A stretch of DNA of 64,000 nt from Halarcobacter sp. (lineage in GTDB: Bacteria; Campylobacterota; Campylobacteria; Campylobacterales; Arcobacteraceae): the NCBI GenBank assembly GCA_963676565.1, contig OY781089.1, positions 1,216,001-1,280,000 on the forward strand, given 5' to 3'. The position numbers were made by a program, and so were the translations under genes. Below the pieces are notes generated by a model, which saw only the letters and a list, made by a program, of their open reading frames with translations, did no database searches and had not been told where the DNA came from. Positions 62,029 through 64,000 of this stretch are shown in pieces. Each line of letters opens with the position of its first letter. The stretch's first letter is position 1.

Positions 62029-63402
62029 ATGGCTTCAGTTGATAAAAAGCTTTTAAAAAGATTAACTGTTCTTTATGTTGAAGATGATGATAACGTAAGG
62101 AATGAGCTAACAAAACTTTTATCAAGCTTTTTTAATAAAATTTATACTGCTTGTGATGGTAAAGAGGGGTTATCTTTATATAGTGAAAAAAAAGATGAAA
62201 TCGATATTATCATAGCTGATATAAATATGCCTAAACTAACAGGTATAGAGATGCTTGAAGAGATTAGGAAAGTCAATAAATCTATTCCTGTAATTTTCAC
62301 AACAGCATATTCTGACACTAAGTTTTTAGTTGATTCAATAAAATTGAAAGTATTTGAATACATCATAAAACCAATAGATATAAGACTTTTGATAACTGTA
62401 TTAGGTGAACTTGCTACAATACTTTATCATGAGTTTTTATTAAAACAACAAAATAAAGAGTTGAAAAAGTATAAAGATATTATTTATAATAATAATATAG
62501 TAATAAGAACAAATAAAAATCTTAAAATTTCATTTGTTAATGATTTATTTATTGAAATAACAGGTTTTGATAAAAAAGAGTTAATAGGAAAAGATTTATT
62601 TTATCTAAAGCATAAAGATTTAGATGAAGATGTTTATAAAAAGATATACAATAGTGTTTATAACAATAAACAATGGAATGGTATTTTAAAAAATATTACA
62701 AAAGATGGAAACTATTATATTGCAAATAGTTCAGTTATTACAACTTTGGATGACACAGGAGTTATGACTGGATGTTTAGTGATACAAAAAGATGAGACAA
62801 AAGAGGCTTTAAAAAGAAGAGAAGTTCAAACCTCATTAATCAGAGATAAAAGTGAGATTTTTAAAAGAAGTAAAGAAACTGCAACATCCCTTGAGCAAAA
62901 AATTAATATCTTAGAAGAAGAGATTAAGATATTAGAAACAAAAATAGAGAATGAACAAACTGAAAAAAATAAATATATTAGTACTTCTGACATCTATTCA
63001 AAAGAGAATAGAAAATTAAGATCAGAACTAGCACTTTATAAAAAAGATTTAGATGAAACTAAAAATTTTCATAAAGATAAACAAAAATATGTAAAACAAA
63101 TAAGTGATTTAAAAGTTGAAGTGAAAAGATTATCAACAAAACTTGAAACAATAGAAGAAGAACATCAAAAGTATCTTAAACAACTAAGACTTAATTATGA
63201 TATTAAAATTGATGATTTAGAAAAAGAACTTAGAAGAACTACAGATAAATACGATGATTTAGAAAACGCTGAAGCAATATCTCAAAAGTTGATTTATTGG
63301 AAAGAAAAAGCAAAAAGTGAAGCTAAGAGGGCTGAAAAACTTGAAAGGGATATTTTAACCCATGGGGATAAAACAATTCTTTCAAAACTATTTGGAAAGT
63401 AA
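62029..63402 (+). CDS. REC-PAS-coiled-coil protein
   Basis: ADINMP, PAS domain, long E/K-rich coiled coil. Confidence 0.8.
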   Translation: MASVDKKLLKRLTVLYVEDDDNVRNELTKLLSSFFNKIYTACDGKEGLSLYSEKKDEIDIIIADINMPKLTGIEMLEEIRKVNKSIPVIFTTAYSDTKFLVDSIKLKVFEYIIKPIDIRLLITVLGELATILYHEFLLKQQNKELKKYKDIIYNNNIVIRTNKNLKISFVNDLFIEITGFDKKELIGKDLFYLKHKDLDEDVYKKIYNSVYNNKQWNGILKNITKDGNYYIANSSVITTLDDTGVMTGCLVIQKDETKEALKRREVQTSLIRDKSEIFKRSKETATSLEQKINILEEEIKILETKIENEQTEKNKYISTSDIYSKENRKLRSELALYKKDLDETKNFHKDKQKYVKQISDLKVEVKRLSTKLETIEEEHQKYLKQLRLNYDIKIDDLEKELRRTTDKYDDLENAEAISQKLIYWKEKAKSEAKRAEKLERDILTHGDKTILSKLFGK

Positions 63403-63418
63403 AAACTTTCCAAATAAC

Positions 63419-63949
63419 TTACTTAATAGTTATAGAAATAATCTTTTGATCATTTAATGGTCTGTTCCCCTGGTACTGGCTTGTAGTTGGAACATTTTCA
63501 ATTTTTTTAACTATATCCATACCTTTTTTTACATATCCAAAAATTGTATGTCTACCATTTAACCAGTATGTTGCAACAGTTGTTATAAAAAATTGACTTC
63601 CATTTGTATTTGGACCTGCATTAGCCATTGCTAATATTCCAGGCTTATCAAATACTGCATTAGGAGCGAATTCGTCTTCAAATGCTTTACCCCAAATAGA
63701 TTCTCCACCTCTTCCTGTTCCCGTTGGATCTCCACCTTGGATCATAAAGTTTTTAATAACTCTATGGAAAATTAGTCCATTGTAATAACCATTTTTTGCA
63801 TGAGTTACAAAATTCTCCACTGCTTTAGGTGCAATATCTGGCCTTAATTCAATTTCAATTTCACCTTGCTTCGTTTTTAACACAGCAATTGGATTTGCTG
63901 CTTCTAAAAGTAACACTAAGCTGAAAAAAAGAAATAAAATCTTTTTCAT
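63419..63949 (-). CDS. Cyclophilin-type peptidyl-prolyl isomerase
   Basis: [22 protein letters not shown]. Confidence 0.95.
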   Translation of the reverse strand: MKKILFLFFSLVLLLEAANPIAVLKTKQGEIEIELRPDIAPKAVENFVTHAKNGYYNGLIFHRVIKNFMIQGGDPTGTGRGGESIWGKAFEDEFAPNAVFDKPGILAMANAGPNTNGSQFFITTVATYWLNGRHTIFGYVKKGMDIVKKIENVPTTSQYQGNRPLNDQKIISITIK

Positions 63950-64000
63950 TTTTAACCTTTCTATATGATTTATTTAGAAGAATTAGTATATTATGTAAGG

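Noticed and set aside
1751..62366. Many short antisense or overlapping ORFs in the track (e.g. 1751, 9558, 18875, 34452, 49620)
   Set aside because: Shadow frames of well-supported genes; no recognisable motifs

Overview
Low-GC bacterial chromosome segment; the gene content suggests Campylobacterota, probably Arcobacteraceae (inference). Core-like genes flank a ~24.7-kb integrative element (4215-28906) inserted in the 3' end of a DUF445 gene. The element is bounded by a 26-bp att core and 30-bp arm-like repeats. Its backbone has a tyrosine integrase, an excisionase-like HTH, an intact SF3/DUF5906 helicase plus a Walker-A-dead paralogue, a DUF932/Gp157-like/Rad52-like/DUF2958 operon and a ~430-nt hairpin-rich non-coding region. 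No capsid, terminase, relaxase or T4SS gene is recognisable. Its cargo is a 7-gene c-di-GMP/two-component operon between IS256 remnants, in which two kinases share an identical 656-bp transmitter region. Right of the element is a TctD/E-tripartite tricarboxylate transporter-PrpF-OprD-RraA cluster whose five promoters share an 18-bp motif 9 nt upstream of the -10 box. The rest is housekeeping and signalling genes (mfd, ubiE, xseA, BCCT transporter, chemotaxis genes, cyclophilin). No rRNA, tRNA or CRISPR array was seen. All family assignments are by eye from motifs.
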